Notes: generated by a model from the letters alone, not told the origin. A stretch of DNA of 64,000 nt from Octopus sinensis (GCF_006345805.1 NC_042997.1:157232001-157296000); one strand, 5' to 3'; shown: positions 12,189 through 26,649, numbered from the stretch's first letter. Translations and numbers: made by a program.

Positions 12189-13540
12189 CACCCACCCACA
12201 TATACATATGTATATGCGTATAATATATGTATAGGTATATATTAATATGAACAAGCATTAACGTGTAATATATATGTCTATATGTATATATGTATATGTA
12301 TATGCAGATATGTGTATACAAGTATGTGTGCATATATATATATATATATATAATATATATATATATATATTATATATATATATATATAGATATATATGTG
12401 TGTGTGTGTATACATGCATATATGTGTGTGGGGGATGTACGCGCAAGTACATATATAACATGCAATGTATGATACACACCGTTTTAATATAGTCGATTTA
12501 ATACTTCCCACCAAAATATTTGTTATAATTATCAGTATAAACTTTTAAGTAATTAATTCTTAGCGCTTGTTGAAATAAATATATCATGTTTCCCTTCACT
12601 TATAGCATATATCATCTTAATGTATACATTACTACCCAAATATATCTCATAATATATTAATGTCGCGAATATATCTCACACCCTATAATATGTCTTATAA
12701 CCTATGACTACACTCTATATCGTATCATCGTCTCACTATACATTACGTTGTACAAATATATCTGATATACTCTAAATATATCACATACATTGTGTGTGTG
12801 TATACATATGTGTGTGTTTGTGTGTGAGAGAGTTTATGTGTGTGGTGTGCCGACTTAATATGTTATATTTCATGCACATTGATTATATATTAAAAAAAAG
12901 GGAAGATATTTTGTATCATGCTACTGTGTATTACTTCTTCTAATCCGACATAATCAAGAATGAGTTTGATATTAATTTTTTTCCACTTTGATCTGTGTGT
13001 GTGTGCGTAATAGTGTGCGTGTATCATATATATTCGTATTCATATGTACACACGCACGAATATATCTATTTGTGTGCGTGTAAGTGTGTGTGAGAGAGAG
13101 AGAGAGAGAGGGAAAGAGGGAGAAAGAGAGAGAGGGAGTGTGCGTGTGTTTGTATATATATGTGTCTATGTATGTACGCATGTGTGTACGATTGTAGGTA
13201 TATATATATATATATTATATATATACCTACAATCATACACACATACGTACATACATAGACATATATATATGCATGCGAGCTCTCACGTGTGTGTCTACAC
13301 ACATATACATATGTATACGTGTTTACGTTTATATAATGCGTGTATGTATGCACATAAATAAATATATATACTTAAATATTTTAATGCTCATAAATACAGA
13401 CACAGATTTTTATAAGTATATTTAAACATATATATTCATATCGAAGGAGCGATAGCTCTTGGAAGAGTCATTATGAAGAAATTCTGCCTCCCACAACCTC
13501 TTTTACTTTTTTTACCACAAGAACTAAGAAATCGAGTATC

Positions 13541-13603
<63 letters not shown>
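13541..13603. repeat. (ATT)n microsatellite immediately 5' of a SINE B
   Basis: Directly visible. Confidence 0.95.
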
Positions 13604-13605
<2 letters not shown>

Positions 13606-14020
13606 AGACAGCGAGCTGGCAGAACCGTTAGCACGCCGGGCGAAATGCTTAGCGGTATTTCGTCTGCCGCTACGTTCTGAGTTCAAATTCCGCCAAGGTC
13701 GACTTTGCCTTTCATCCTTTCAGGGTCGATTAAATAAGTACCAGTTACGCACTGGTGTCAATATAATCGACTTAATCCGTTTGTCAGTCCTTGTTTGTCC
13801 CTTCTGTGGTTAGCCCCGCGTGGGTAGCAAAGAAATAGGTATTTCATCTGGAGCTATGTTCTGAGTTCAGATTCCCCGACGTCGACTTCGCCTTTCGTTC
13901 CTTTGGGGGGGTCGGTCAATGAAATGAGCACCGATTGCTTACTGAGGTCGATGTAATCGACTAGCTACCTTACCTTATCCCCCAAAATTCCAGGCTTTTC
14001 GTCTATAGTAGAAATGATTA
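13604..14020 (+). mobile_element. Composite SINE family B: young copy followed by the 3' part of an older copy
   Basis: Junction aaagaaataGGTATTtcatctgg at 13838; old tail ccaaaattccaggcttttcgtctatagtagaaatgatta. Confidence 0.9.
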
Positions 14021-14050
14021 ATGAAATCGGTGAACTAGAAATGATTAATG

Positions 14051-14270
14051 AAGGCGGTTAGAACAGTCGAAAAAATTGAGTGGTATTTTTTTCCAACTCA
14101 TTACATATTGAGTTCAAACTCCGCCACGGTCAAATTTGCCTTTCATCCTTTCACATCCTTCCAGGGTCGATAAAATAAAGTATCCGTCAAGTATTGAAGT
14201 CGATGTAATTGACTAACACCACTCTTGCTAAGAATTGCTGGCGTTGTGTCAAAATATAGAAGCCAATATC
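14051..14270 (+). mobile_element. SINE family B, diverged copy
   Basis: aaggcgg...gagttcaaactccgcc-cggtcaaatttgcctttcatcctttc...gtcgatgtaattgac. Confidence 0.8.
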
Positions 14271-14523
14271 ATTAGGAATAAGGGGAGGAGTAGGAAGAGA
14301 TTAATTCTGTATTGCAGAAACAAATTTAATCGACTTTTCACACTTTCCTTGCCTAGTCAATTGTCTATCTTCATCGTTGTTCTATGCTAAAACCTAACAA
14401 GATATGAAGTTCCGATATACTTCTGAAGGACTTGCTACATAGTAAAACAAACAAGCTATTACACGTGACAGTACATAATACATAACATTATGACATTACA
14501 TGATCAGCCATGTAAATCCTTCA

Positions 14524-14700
14524 TGTTGTTGTTTTAATCCCGGGTCAACTCTGATAGAGCTAAGATGAAAGGCGTTCCAGCTATAACAATCCTATCTTTT
14601 ATACATATATACTCTCTTTCTTCAAGTATATGTTACAGTGTGTAAGGTGTTTTCGTAAATGCTAAGGCATATTTGGATGAGAGCAACTTTTATTTCTAAC
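14524..14700 (+). mobile_element. Dispersed repeat family D copy
   Basis: gttgttttaatcccgggtcaactctgatagagc...tgaaaggcgttccagctataacaatcc. Confidence 0.5.
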
Positions 14701-14930
14701 AAACAATCAATTAGAGGTAAGTAAGATGTCCTAAGTTAGTGAGCATAGAGGTAGTATGTAGGTTTTGATTCTACAACGAATATTATTTGTCTGTCTGTGC
14801 ATGTGAGTGTGTGTGTGTATGGAACAGCATTTCTCCCAAATATATTGAAGAAATGATTATTATCTTTTTCATTTAGGTTTTTTTTTTCATATTTCTATAT
14901 TAGACATTATGTTTGACTTCCAGTGATTTA

Positions 14931-14970
<40 letters not shown>

Positions 14971-14975
14971 AGAGA

Positions 14976-15032
<57 letters not shown>

Positions 15033-15155
15033 ATGTAGTTTGTTTCAGTGATTGCATAGCTCACCTCTTTGAAGTCTGTTAAACCTATTATAATAAGATT
15101 ACGTTTCTACTGTAATAACCTAATACCCACAGGAACACCTACCCAATACACGCGC

Positions 15156-15187
<32 letters not shown>

Positions 15188-15777
15188 ACACACACACACA
15201 CACACAATGTAATAAAGAGCATGTGATGAACTGGGCGGCTACTTGTGTCGATGAAGTTCTGAGTAACCCCAAGCTGAGTCAACTTGTTTAACACTTTCCA
15301 CACCCACGATAGGTATTGAATTCTATTTTCGTTCGTGTGTACACCTAGCCATGAGTGTGCATGTATATTTGTATACATATGTAAATATATCTATATACAC
15401 ACCTATATATGTATATGTATATACAGATAGGTATATGCTTGTATGTGTCTATATATATATATAAACTTAGTTAAAACTTAGATATGTTTCGACCAAAGAT
15501 TGGTCCAGGCCATGTCTAACTCAAAAGCAACACCTGATAGGATTATCTGAATCCTGTTTAAGTCAAGTTTTGTTTATGGCCCATTCAAGTAGTGAGTTTT
15601 TGTTGGGTGAGTTGTATCCAATTATGGGTGGCTTATCTGGTATTCCTTATATACAGATATATAAATGTGCATATAAAAATGTGTGTATGAAAATGTGTTT
15701 GTATGTGTCTATCTATATATGTAAATATACGTATGTTTGTGTGTGTATGTATATGTATATGCTTGTGTGTGCGAGTG

Positions 15778-15779
<2 letters not shown>

Positions 15780-15860
<81 letters not shown>

Positions 15861-15876
15861 TTATCTATTTACCTAC

Positions 15877-15961
<85 letters not shown>

Positions 15962-15962
15962 C
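15780..15962. repeat. (ATCT)n microsatellite
   Basis: Directly visible; source of the YLSI ORFs. Confidence 0.95.
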
Positions 15963-16214
15963 ATCCATTTATATGTAACTGCGAGGTCCTGTACCCATAG
16001 ATGCATGTATATATTATTTATTATATAACTGAACGTGACATATCCATTTCCAAGTATGTATGTATATACATATATACATATAAATATATATATTTGTGTG
16101 TGTGTGTATATATATGTCTATATATACATGTATATATATATATATATGTATTTATGTATGTATATAAATATATATACATATGTATATATATGTATATATG
16201 CGTATATATATATG

Positions 16215-16256
<42 letters not shown>

Positions 16257-16442
16257 TATGTATATATCTATGTCCATATATATAGATATATATACATGTA
16301 TATATTATTATATGTAGATATGTATATATGTGTATATATATGTATAATATATGCATAATATGTATATGTATATATGTATATACGTATATATAATTATTAA
16401 TTTGTACGTCACGTATATATGTATATGGCATACATGTATGTG

Positions 16443-16497
<55 letters not shown>

Positions 16498-16616
16498 ATG
16501 AATACATAGACGAGTTAGCATGTAAGTTGTAGCGTGTGTACGCCTGCGTGTATGTACATATATGTATGTATATCCTATATACACATATTTATATATATAG
16601 CCTATATATTTATATA

Positions 16617-16778
16617 GGTACAGGAGTGGCTGTGTGGTAAATAGCTTGCTTACCGACAACATGATTCTGAGTTGAGTGCCACTGTGTGGCACCTTCAGCA
16701 AATGTCTCCTACTATAGTCTCTGGCCGATCAGAACCTTGTGAGTGGATGTGGTCGATGGAAACCGAAAGAAGCCTGTC

Positions 16779-16812
<34 letters not shown>

Positions 16813-17030
16813 GTTTGTGTGTGTGTGTGCGTGTGTGTATGTGTGCATATGTGTATCTTCATGTGTCTGTGTCTTCACCGCTATCGCTTAGCAACCGATA
16901 CTGGTGTGTTTACGTCCTTGTAACTAGCGGTTCTGCAAAAGAGACCGATAGGATAACTACTAGGCTTACAAAGAATAAATACTGGGGTACTGAAGCATGT
17001 CTACAGTCAAATGACTGAAACAAATACAAG
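16617..17030 (+). mobile_element. tRNA-derived SINE family A, near full length
   Basis: Head ggagtggctgtgtggtaa, central (TA)/(GT) tract, tail cagtcaaatgactgaaacaaat. Octopus tRNA-SINEs named OK/OR1/OR2 exist; I did not establish which name applies. Confidence 0.9.
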
Positions 17031-17039
17031 AATATATAT

Positions 17040-17306
17040 AGAAAGTTACCCTCCAAGGCACCAGTCTGGGTAAGGTTGTTTATGGAAGACGAACAGTCGC
17101 CCATGCATACCAGCCTCCCCCTCTCCACGCCACCGATGATATCCAAGTGAAAGGCAAAGGCCGATATGGCTTGGCATCTGTGGCGTCGCAACTCATTTCT
17201 ACAGCTGAGTGAACTGGAGCAACGGGAAATAAAGTGTCTTGCTCAAGAACACAACACGCAGTCCGGTCCGGGATTCGACTCACACTCCTCACTCTCTAAC
17301 CACTGA

Positions 17307-17310
<4 letters not shown>
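17040..17310 (-). mobile_element. SINE family C variant (different 3' tail)
   Basis: Minus head tggctcagtggttagagag...gagtcgaatcccggaccg, then gtgttcttgagcaagacactttattt...gctccagttcactcagctgtagaaatgagttg. Confidence 0.85.
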
Positions 17311-17353
<43 letters not shown>

Positions 17354-17467
17354 ATATAATGTATATGTGTGTGTGTGTGTGTGTTTGTATATGTATGTAG
17401 TATACCCTAAAATATATATATTATACTTTGTATAAATGTCTATACATATATGTGTGTGTGTGTAGAA

Positions 17468-17507
<40 letters not shown>

Positions 17508-17532
17508 TTATACATATACAAACATACATTCG

Positions 17533-17565
<33 letters not shown>

Positions 17566-17616
17566 TATATACATATATATTATATATATATATATATATT
17601 ATATATAGATACATAT

Positions 17617-17957
17617 ATACTAAGCAATAAGGGTTTAGCAACGAGTTTGCCTTACCACATACCGAATTTAGAAATAGCAGTCAAAGGGTTATAGCTATTT
17701 CTTCTACTAAAAAGGGAGATCTCAGTAAAAACAGCATTTGGAAGGCACAAACATGTAGAGAGAATGAATTGACTGCAATCTATCATACATGATAGATTGC
17801 AGTCATTCATTCTCTCTTACCTGTTTGTGCCTTCCAAATGCTGTTTTTACTGAGATCTCCCTTTTTTAGTAGAAGAAATAGCTATAACCCTTTGACTGCT
17901 ATTTCTAAATTCGGTATGTGGTAAGGCAACTCGTTGCTAAACCCTTATGCTTAGTAT
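17617..17957. repeat. ~340-bp near-perfect palindrome (arms ~170 bp, 2-nt centre)
   Basis: Centre ...ctatcat-ac-atgatag...; ends atactaagcaataagggtttagc / gctaaacccttatgcttagtat; arms differ by a few 1-nt indels and substitutions. Confidence 0.95.
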
Positions 17958-18078
17958 TACTTAAATTTTCCCTCGAATGAGGCTTTTACATGCCGAAGAC
18001 TACTTGGTGTAATTGATAATTTTTTCCAAATTAATTAATTTCACCCTTCATTATTACGGATAACTATATACATATATG

Positions 18079-18133
<55 letters not shown>

Positions 18134-18707
18134 TATAGCGTACAGACACGTAAATATATACATATAATATATATAACACGCGTACATGATATGGACATGT
18201 AATATAATATACACGCACACTGAAACACAAACACACAGGCTCACATACACACACAGTTTTAATCATGAAGTTAACATGGATGTATTAAAAAATATATAAT
18301 GGATGGTTCTGTAATATTCTTAATTCTTTAAATCAGCGTTGCTTTTTACCTGGTCTTAGCATCTCACATTCTTCTCATCCCCACCGTATGGGAACAATAA
18401 TGCAGTAATAAGTGGATTGATGAGAAGTTAGAAATATTGTCGGAAGATATATTAAGTAATTAATCATTGCCACTGTCAGACTAAGTGGAAGACCATCCAC
18501 CGCCAACACATACCACCACCATCACTCGTACCATCTGTTCACTTAACATGGTAGATACATCGTCATATAACATCGTAATATTCTGTAAACACGTGTCTGC
18601 GAGTGTACTTCATTTTTCGGTACATGTATATACGTTTACGTACAGACACACGTATTTAAGAAAAGATATTTCCCAGTCTGTATATGCACGTGTGTGTGTG
18701 TATATGT

Positions 18708-18760
<53 letters not shown>

Positions 18761-19394
18761 CGCGCCACAGTCCTTGAGCTGTAGTTACTAAAAGCTAACA
18801 GAGTACATATACATACACACACTCACGCGCGCGCGCTCACAGACACATATACACACACACAATCATGTTATGCATTTATGTATATATGTGTGCATGTATG
18901 TATGTATGTATGTATGTATGTATGTATCTCTCTCTCTCTCTCTATCTGTCTACAAATCTATCTATTATTGTGCATTATGTGTTCGTACGTGTGTTATATA
19001 TTCGTATGCATATATAAGTCTACCGTATGCATTGGTGGATGTATGTAACGTTCATTTATATAAATATATATATATACACATTTATATATATGTACATATA
19101 TATACATACATATATACATATATATCTATATACATATATATATACATATATACATATGTATATACATATATGTATCTATATATATATGTATATAGATATG
19201 TGTATGTATATATGTATATGCATATATGTATATGCATACATGTATGTATATGTATTTGCATATATATATATGTATATGCATATATATACACATGTATATA
19301 TGTATACACATGCATACATATATCTCTCTATATATATATACATATATATATGGAGAGAGAGAGGGGGAGGGAGAGAGAGATGCATTTATATATA

Positions 19395-20410
19395 GTCCAC
19401 TTCTTTTCCTCATCTACATCAATGATATTACCGACATCATCAAATGCAGCATCATAAGAATCTTTGCGGATGATTCCAAGCTCCAGAAGGTCATCAATGA
19501 AGAGGGTGACAGGACATCCCTTCACTCAGACCTACTGGCTCTATCATCCAATGGGCGGAAAAGAACAACATGCCGCTGAACGAGGACAAATCTGAGTTAA
19601 TCCACTTCGGAGAAGACGATACCTTGAAACTCCCGTACTCCCTACCAGCAGGTGAAACTGTCATGGCATCCAACAACATCAGTGACTTGGGAATAATTGT
19701 GGACAACAACATAAGCTAGGCCGCTCATATGAACAGCAAAGTTGACATGACCCGCAGAATGTGTTCCTGGATTTTCAAACTTTCCAGTCGAGAGATATCC
19801 ACACAATTATAATTCTCTTCTCAACTTTTGCCTGACCCCCACCTTGAATACTGTTGTCCACTGTGGTCTCTCTACACGAAACAAAGTATCATGAAAGTTG
19901 AAGCACCTCAAAGGTTAATTACAAAAAAGATAGATAGCATGACAGGCCTTGACTATTGGGATTGACTAGAATAGCTCAAACTTTATTCACTACAACGTCG
20001 CCGTGGGCGCTACAATATCTACATGATGTGGAATATATTCCATCAGTATTGCACAAATGATGTTCGCATCACCTTTAAGATACACCCAACACTTGTGCTA
20101 TCTACCCACAATAAAAGTCACTCTCATCTCATAATAACAATACGGCATAATTATTTCATCTCAATTGGCCCCGCTCTCTTAAACATTACACCAAAACTCA
20201 TTAAAGTAGAAACAGACCCAATAAAGTTCAAGACGTCTTTGAATGAATTCCTTCGAATAAACCTCCTACACCCGGATACGTCTTCGTAAACAATAACTCT
20301 CTACTTGAATGGACCATGTTGTCTGAATCCTGATTTGAATGACTTCACCAGGTAGTGGTATTAAGTTTGACATGGCCTGGGCAAATACCGGCCAAAACTT
20401 ATCAAAATAC
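19395..20410 (+). mobile_element. 5'-truncated CR1-type LINE: decayed reverse transcriptase C-terminal half plus 3' tail
   Basis: [11 protein letters not shown]...IFADDSKL (RT motif), then NEDKSELIHFG, DLGIIVDNN, LEYCCPLWS, LKLYSLQRRR across frameshifts and stops; tail gacatggcctgggcaaataccggccaaaac. Confidence 0.9.
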
Positions 20411-20731
20411 CGAAGTAAATATCAAGAGTTGCATCAAATGGTTTCTAGTGGCAGAAGTCTGAACTACAACGGGTTTGTCCCACGAAACATTTCCGGTTAA
20501 TTTTCGTTACCCTCTCCATATTTTGAATTATTATCTAATTTATTTTGGGATTTCAATAAATTTGAATATTGCAATGCCTTCTTCTATTCCATTTCCTCTC
20601 TAGAGGTGAGCTTCATGAATTTCGTTAGTATAGTTAACCAGAAAAAAAAAGATATATATAATAGAGAAATATATATAGGTATTCATAGATATATACACAT
20701 ATATATATGATATACATGCATATATTATATG

Positions 20732-20763
<32 letters not shown>

Positions 20764-20795
20764 ATATATATATATTAATATATATTATATATTAT

Positions 20796-20832
<37 letters not shown>

Positions 20833-21117
20833 GTATAAATATTATATATATATATATATGTAATAAATATATATAGATATAATATATATATTATAAATAT
20901 ATATAATATATATATATGTTGTACATATATATATATATTATATATGTATATATATATATATGAATATATATGTAGATATATATATTTATATATGTATATA
21001 ATATGAATATATATGTAGATATATATATATATATGTATATATCATATACATATATATGTGTACATATATATATATATATATAAATATAATAAATATATAT
21101 ATATATTGATATATCTT

Positions 21118-21149
<32 letters not shown>

Positions 21150-21309
21150 TATAATATATATTATGCATAGACAACACATTTGAGTGTGTGGAGGGAGGTG
21201 TAGGAGATTAATGTGTCAAAATATTTTGTAAGAGAATGAGAAAAGTGAGTGAGAAAGAGTATGGAAGAAAAGTCAGAGTCTCCCCTCTCACTCTTCCTCT
21301 CTCACTCTC

Positions 21310-21354
<45 letters not shown>

Positions 21355-21596
21355 GGATATATAAGAAAGAATTGGAGAGGGAAGCTGAAACAACAATCAA
21401 CAATGTCAGTTAAGGTTGTCAGATTATATAAACCAAAGTGAGATTAACAATGGTGATGTTGAACTTGAGGACAACACATTGTATGAAACAAGCCCATCAA
21501 CAACAAATCATACATGTATACATACGTACGACCCATATACGTTTCACACACACACACACGCGCGCACATATGTTATACGTATAGACATACATTCAT

Positions 21597-21634
<38 letters not shown>

Positions 21635-22038
21635 ATATATATATATATATATATAATATACATACATACCTACACATCTGTTTATAGTTATGTAATTATA
21701 TACATATATATTTTGCATGTATAGTATGTATATGTGTATATTAGGCGTATATGTGTAATAATGTGTATATATAATATAATATAATGTATATATATGTGTA
21801 TATTCATGTGTATATTGTATACGTATATGTGTTATATATATGCATTATATTTGCATATATATGTATATATATATATATATATATATGTATATGTAATAAT
21901 AATGTGTGTGTATGTATGTTTAAATATATGTATACGTACGAATGTATGTATATATATGATGATATATATGTATATATATGTATATATGTTTATAGATATA
22001 TATATTATATATATATGAATATATGTTTATATAACATT

Positions 22039-22080
<42 letters not shown>

Positions 22081-22244
22081 CATATATACATATATATATG
22101 TATATATATATATACCATATATATAATATATAATATATATACTATATAATTCATATATATATACAATATATATATATATATATATATAGATATATGTATA
22201 TATGTATATGTATATATGCACGCACTATACTGTACATACACATA

Positions 22245-22452
22245 CCGTATTCTTCGGCATGCAAGTTGACGTAGGAGATAATGTTAACATGTGGTGTAAA
22301 ATTCAATCGTTGTCACTACCCATCCAAATCCTGTTGTATTTCACGTGGAATTTTTTGTGCTCCAAAGCCATCCTTGTGTATAAGTCGATCTATCTTCTTT
22401 TGACTGGAAATTTTGGTTTCAATAATTTAGCATTTTTCGACGGAAAATACGT
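22245..22452. mobile_element. Probable Tc1/mariner-type MITE, degenerate
   Basis: TA then ccgtattcttcgg at the left, cgacggaaaatacg at the right (imperfect TIR). Confidence 0.4.
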
Positions 22453-22799
22453 CGCGCGCGCTCGGACACAGACACACATCGCACTCCCCTCTCTCTCTTT
22501 CCGTTTCCTATCATTATCACTGAAAAGTCATTTTTCAGTTATAGCTACGCTTCATAGCCACACGGACATGCCGCCGCTTGCCGATCCATCCTCTCGTCAC
22601 TCCCTCCCTCAATTCATATGTCTATCTTTCCTACCATTTATGTATCCATCCATCCATCCATCCATCCACCCATCCATCCGTCCATCCACCCATCCACTCA
22701 TGTTTCCATACCTTTCGCCCTTTACTTGTCTCAGTCATTATACTGCAGCCAACATGGAGTACCGCCTTTGAGAAGTTTGGTCGAACGAATCAACCTCAG

Positions 22800-23012
22800 G
22801 TGAAGGCATGTGACTTTGTGATTAGGTTGTTGGATTCATGATCGCAAGGTTATGGTTTCGATTCCTGGACCAGGCGACGTTTTGTGTTCTCGAGCAAAAC
22901 ACTTCATTTCATGCTGCAAAAATCCTGCGACGGACCGGCGTCTCGTTCAAGTGGGGAATATATATGGCAAGGAAACCGAGAAACTAGCCCTTATCAGTCG
23001 GTATGCCTCGAG
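22800..23012 (+). mobile_element. SINE family C, diverged
   Basis: gtgattaggttgttggattcatgatcgcaagg...gtttcgattcctggacc...gttctcgagcaaaacacttcatttc. Confidence 0.75.
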
Positions 23013-23039
23013 AATGAAATAAAAAAAAAGTCTACCCCA

Positions 23040-23338
23040 TTACTTTTTGGCTTTTTTTAAAGATCAGGTACTTATTTCCATTGGACTGCTTTATCGAACC
23101 ACTAAGTTACAAAGACGGAAACACACCAACACCTGTAGTCAGGCGGTAGTGGGTGACAAATACACACACAACACACACACACGATAGGCTTCTATCAATT
23201 TCCGTCTACCAAATCCACTCAGAAGGATTTGGTCTGCCTGCGGCTATAGTAGAAGGCACTTGCCCAAGATGACATGGGACTGAAACCGGAAACATGTGGT
23301 TATGAAGCAAGCGTCTTACCACGCAGCCACCCCTGCAC

Positions 23339-23340
<2 letters not shown>
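23040..23340 (-). mobile_element. SINE family A copy
   Basis: tccgtctaccaaatccactc...ctatagtagaag-cacttgcccaag...cttaccacgcagccac. Confidence 0.8.
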
Positions 23341-23383
<43 letters not shown>

Positions 23384-24964
23384 ATGTTCCTTTTAGTTTT
23401 TGTTTAACTGTAATTCCACACTAATTGAGAAGATCTATGTTCAAAGGCATCCTAATAGGTATCACCGCGTCTATTATTCAAACTTACTGTATTTAGGTTT
23501 TATATTATCTAATACATTTTTGTCTACTTTCTTTTTATAGCCAATAGGATATGATTTAATAGAGATAAAGCTGCTATTTGTAGCATGTCGAGTGAACATG
23601 TGAAGGCACCCTGTTTAGCTTGTTTGTTGTACATATAATAATAAAAAAAATTAATAAACAACAAAAATAATTATATTAGAATAAACGAGATGTACAGCAC
23701 ATCTGTAGATCATTTTATATTATAATGGTTTTGTCAGGCGAGGAAGGGCAGCATATATGCCAGACCCTTTCGGCAGAGAGGGTAGGGATGAAGATGATAT
23801 AAGTATTCAGTTGTTGTTGATGATATTGTAGTAGTTGTTATTTAGTCAAAAATCAGCCGTTACCGAAGAAACGTATTTATCAAAGACATACCAATTGTGA
23901 TCTTCCCTCCTTTTATACAGACGTTATGTGTTTCCAACTACATTAACCAATTATCTAACGCGCCTATTTCTTAAGACTGTGGAGTATGAATTACTGGAAG
24001 ATTTGGCAATAATGTTAAAGGTTACTTTTTTGGTACAGGAGTTGCTACTATAACCAACAGACCAAGAAGACATCGAGTTAGCTGCAGCCCAGTAACCTTG
24101 CCCAAAACCTTGTAACGGAGTGGAGACGACCGCTAATGGCACCCAAGTACAAGATAAAATAGAGGGTAGAGTATTTTGTAACCCTATCACGGGTTCAGTT
24201 CAGCTAGTGGGTTACATAAATTCATGTCCTCGATTTCACTTCAAAAGGATGCTTTCCTACTCACGGTTAGAGTAGAGAACACTTGTCCAAGCTTAGAGAA
24301 ACCGAACCAGGAAATGAAGAATTGCGAAGCACCTACATCTCCCCTCGTCTCTCTCTCTCTCTCTCTCTCACTCACACACACGCACACGCGCGCACGGAAG
24401 TTCGCACGCACGTGTACGTATCTGTGTATGACATGCATCTAAAAACTCGCAGAAGTTAATGCACAAAGTATAGTGTGAGAAAGTGCATGTACAATGTTTG
24501 TGTGTGTGTGTGCGTATATATATATATATATATATATATTTACATATATATGTATATAAGCATACACACGTGTATGTGAATGCATATATGCATATATGCA
24601 CGTACATATTTGTATATATAAGCATCTTTTTCTATTCCTGAGCGTTATACTAATACATCTGTTTGTTTTGTACACCACCTGTCTTCGTCTTTTGTTTTTT
24701 TCATAAACTCTCCCCATATATATGTATGTGTGTATGTGTGCGCGCGTGTGTATATAGATGTATATGTATTTATATATAGACATGTATATATATCATATAC
24801 GTGTACATACACACAGACACATATATTACACACACACACACACATTAATATGTTTAAGCAGCTAATGGTAAAATTGAACACAAAAGTATTTGCTACCTAA
24901 TTGTGTGTTTAAAAGATGTGCGTATAAAAACACTCCCACATACAAACACGTATGTTATATATAT

Positions 24965-25000
<36 letters not shown>

Positions 25001-25021
25001 GATATATATATATAATATATT

Positions 25022-25200
25022 GTTGAAATTTATAGAAAACAAAAGACGGAAACCGGTGTATGAACAACAAGCCAGTATATTAATTTGACGCTCAGGAAAA
25101 TGAAAAAGTCTTTTATGTTTCGAGTCTACCCTCTTCAACAAAGAGGAATAAGGGAAAATAAACAGAGAGAATGAAAAAAACTTGTAGATTTCAGCGGTCC
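25022..25200 (-). mobile_element. Second copy of hammerhead-like repeat family H1
   Basis: Shares aaacaaaagacg, gacgctcaggaa and aagtcttttaYgtttcgag-cta-cctcttcaaca with 3355-3465; abuts (TA)n. Confidence 0.75.
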
Positions 25201-25333
25201 GTGGGTGGGTGTGGGCGGGTGCCCCAGCATGGCGACAGCCTTAGGGCTGAAACGTATAAACAAAAAAAAGGATGTGTATGTGTGTGAGAATGTGTGTGCG
25301 TGCATTTGTGTGTGTGTGTGTGTTGTGTGTGTG

Positions 25334-25433
25334 NNNNNNNNNNNNNNNNNNNNNNNNNNNNNNNNNNNNNNNNNNNNNNNNNNNNNNNNNNNNNNNNNNN
25401 NNNNNNNNNNNNNNNNNNNNNNNNNNNNNNNNN
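25334..25433. other. Assembly gap (100 N)
   Basis: Run of exactly 100 N; true distance unknown. Confidence 1.
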
Positions 25434-25541
25434 TCGCTGAGCAACATGCGATGAAGTGTTGCGCCCAAGAACATAACTCACCAATCTAGGAATTGAACCC
25501 ACATTGCCGCAACATTGAGTGTGACATCCTAAACACTACTC

Positions 25542-25973
25542 TTTTACTCTTTTACTCTTTTACTTGTTTCAGTCATTTGACTGTGGCCATGCTGGAGCAC
25601 CGCCTTTAGTCGAGCAAATCAACCCCAGGACTTATTCTATCGGTCTTTTGTCTAGTACTTAAGCCTAGTACTTATTCTATCGGTCTTTTGCCGAACCGCT
25701 ACGTTACGGAAACGTAAACACACCAGCATCGGTTGTCAAGCGATGTTGGGGGGACAAACACAGACACACAAACATACACACACACATACATACATATATA
25801 CACATATATACGACGGGCTTCTTTCAGTTTCTGTCTATCAAATCCACTCACAAGGCTTTGGTCAGCCCGTGGCTATAGTAGAATACACTTGCCCAAGGTG
25901 GCACTTAGTGGGACTGGACACGGAACCATGTGGTTGGTAAGCAAGCTACTTACCACACAGCCACTCCTACACC
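25542..25973 (-). mobile_element. SINE family A, near full length, with a small internal duplication
   Basis: Tail (cttttact)3, duplicated acttattctatcggtcttttg at ~25630 and ~25670, head ccacacagccactcctacacc. Confidence 0.9.
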
Positions 25974-26649
25974 TGGCAATAATAATATGCAATAATAATA
26001 ATAAATGTTTATTTTCTTTAGTAAAATTTCAGTTTAGTACCTACGTGATGTTGTAGAACTGAGCATCGAAATTAAACAAGGATGATTTTCTATGCGCTTG
26101 AGAAAGTATTCTCCACCACGCCATAGCAGCCTACCGGCAAACTACACAGTGTTTATATACGTTAAGTATATGTAATTGATAATATCTATTACATTAGCGC
26201 TTCCTCTATTCGTATTTGAATGTATGCCTCTATTTCATATTTGGATCTATGTATGTATATATATATGTACACACACACACACACACACGCAAGCACACGC
26301 ACAGACATACACACACACACACACATCTACATACACAGTGCGTGCACTTTTATTATATTGTCTCGCTTGCTAAATAGTTTTCTGAAATTTATTCTCTCTC
26401 AACTCTAAGTATTTTTTTAAAATATAGGTTATATTGACATCTAATATGATTCTTTTGTTTCCTCTCATTCAACCAGCGCTCGTTATGATTCTTAGGCTTT
26501 CGCTGAATATTTAAAATATTTCTAAAATAGCGAACACAAAATTTACTATATTATAAACATTTATCATAATCAACCGATCATTGAAAATGACGCAAAACAC
26601 ACACACACATATACATACAAGCACACACGCACTCACACGGCACACACTC

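Noticed and set aside
21416-21520. Peptide DYINQSEINNGDVELEDNTLYETS resembling a receptor tail with tyrosine motifs
   Set aside because: Weak acceptor, runs into microsatellite, and no partner exons found
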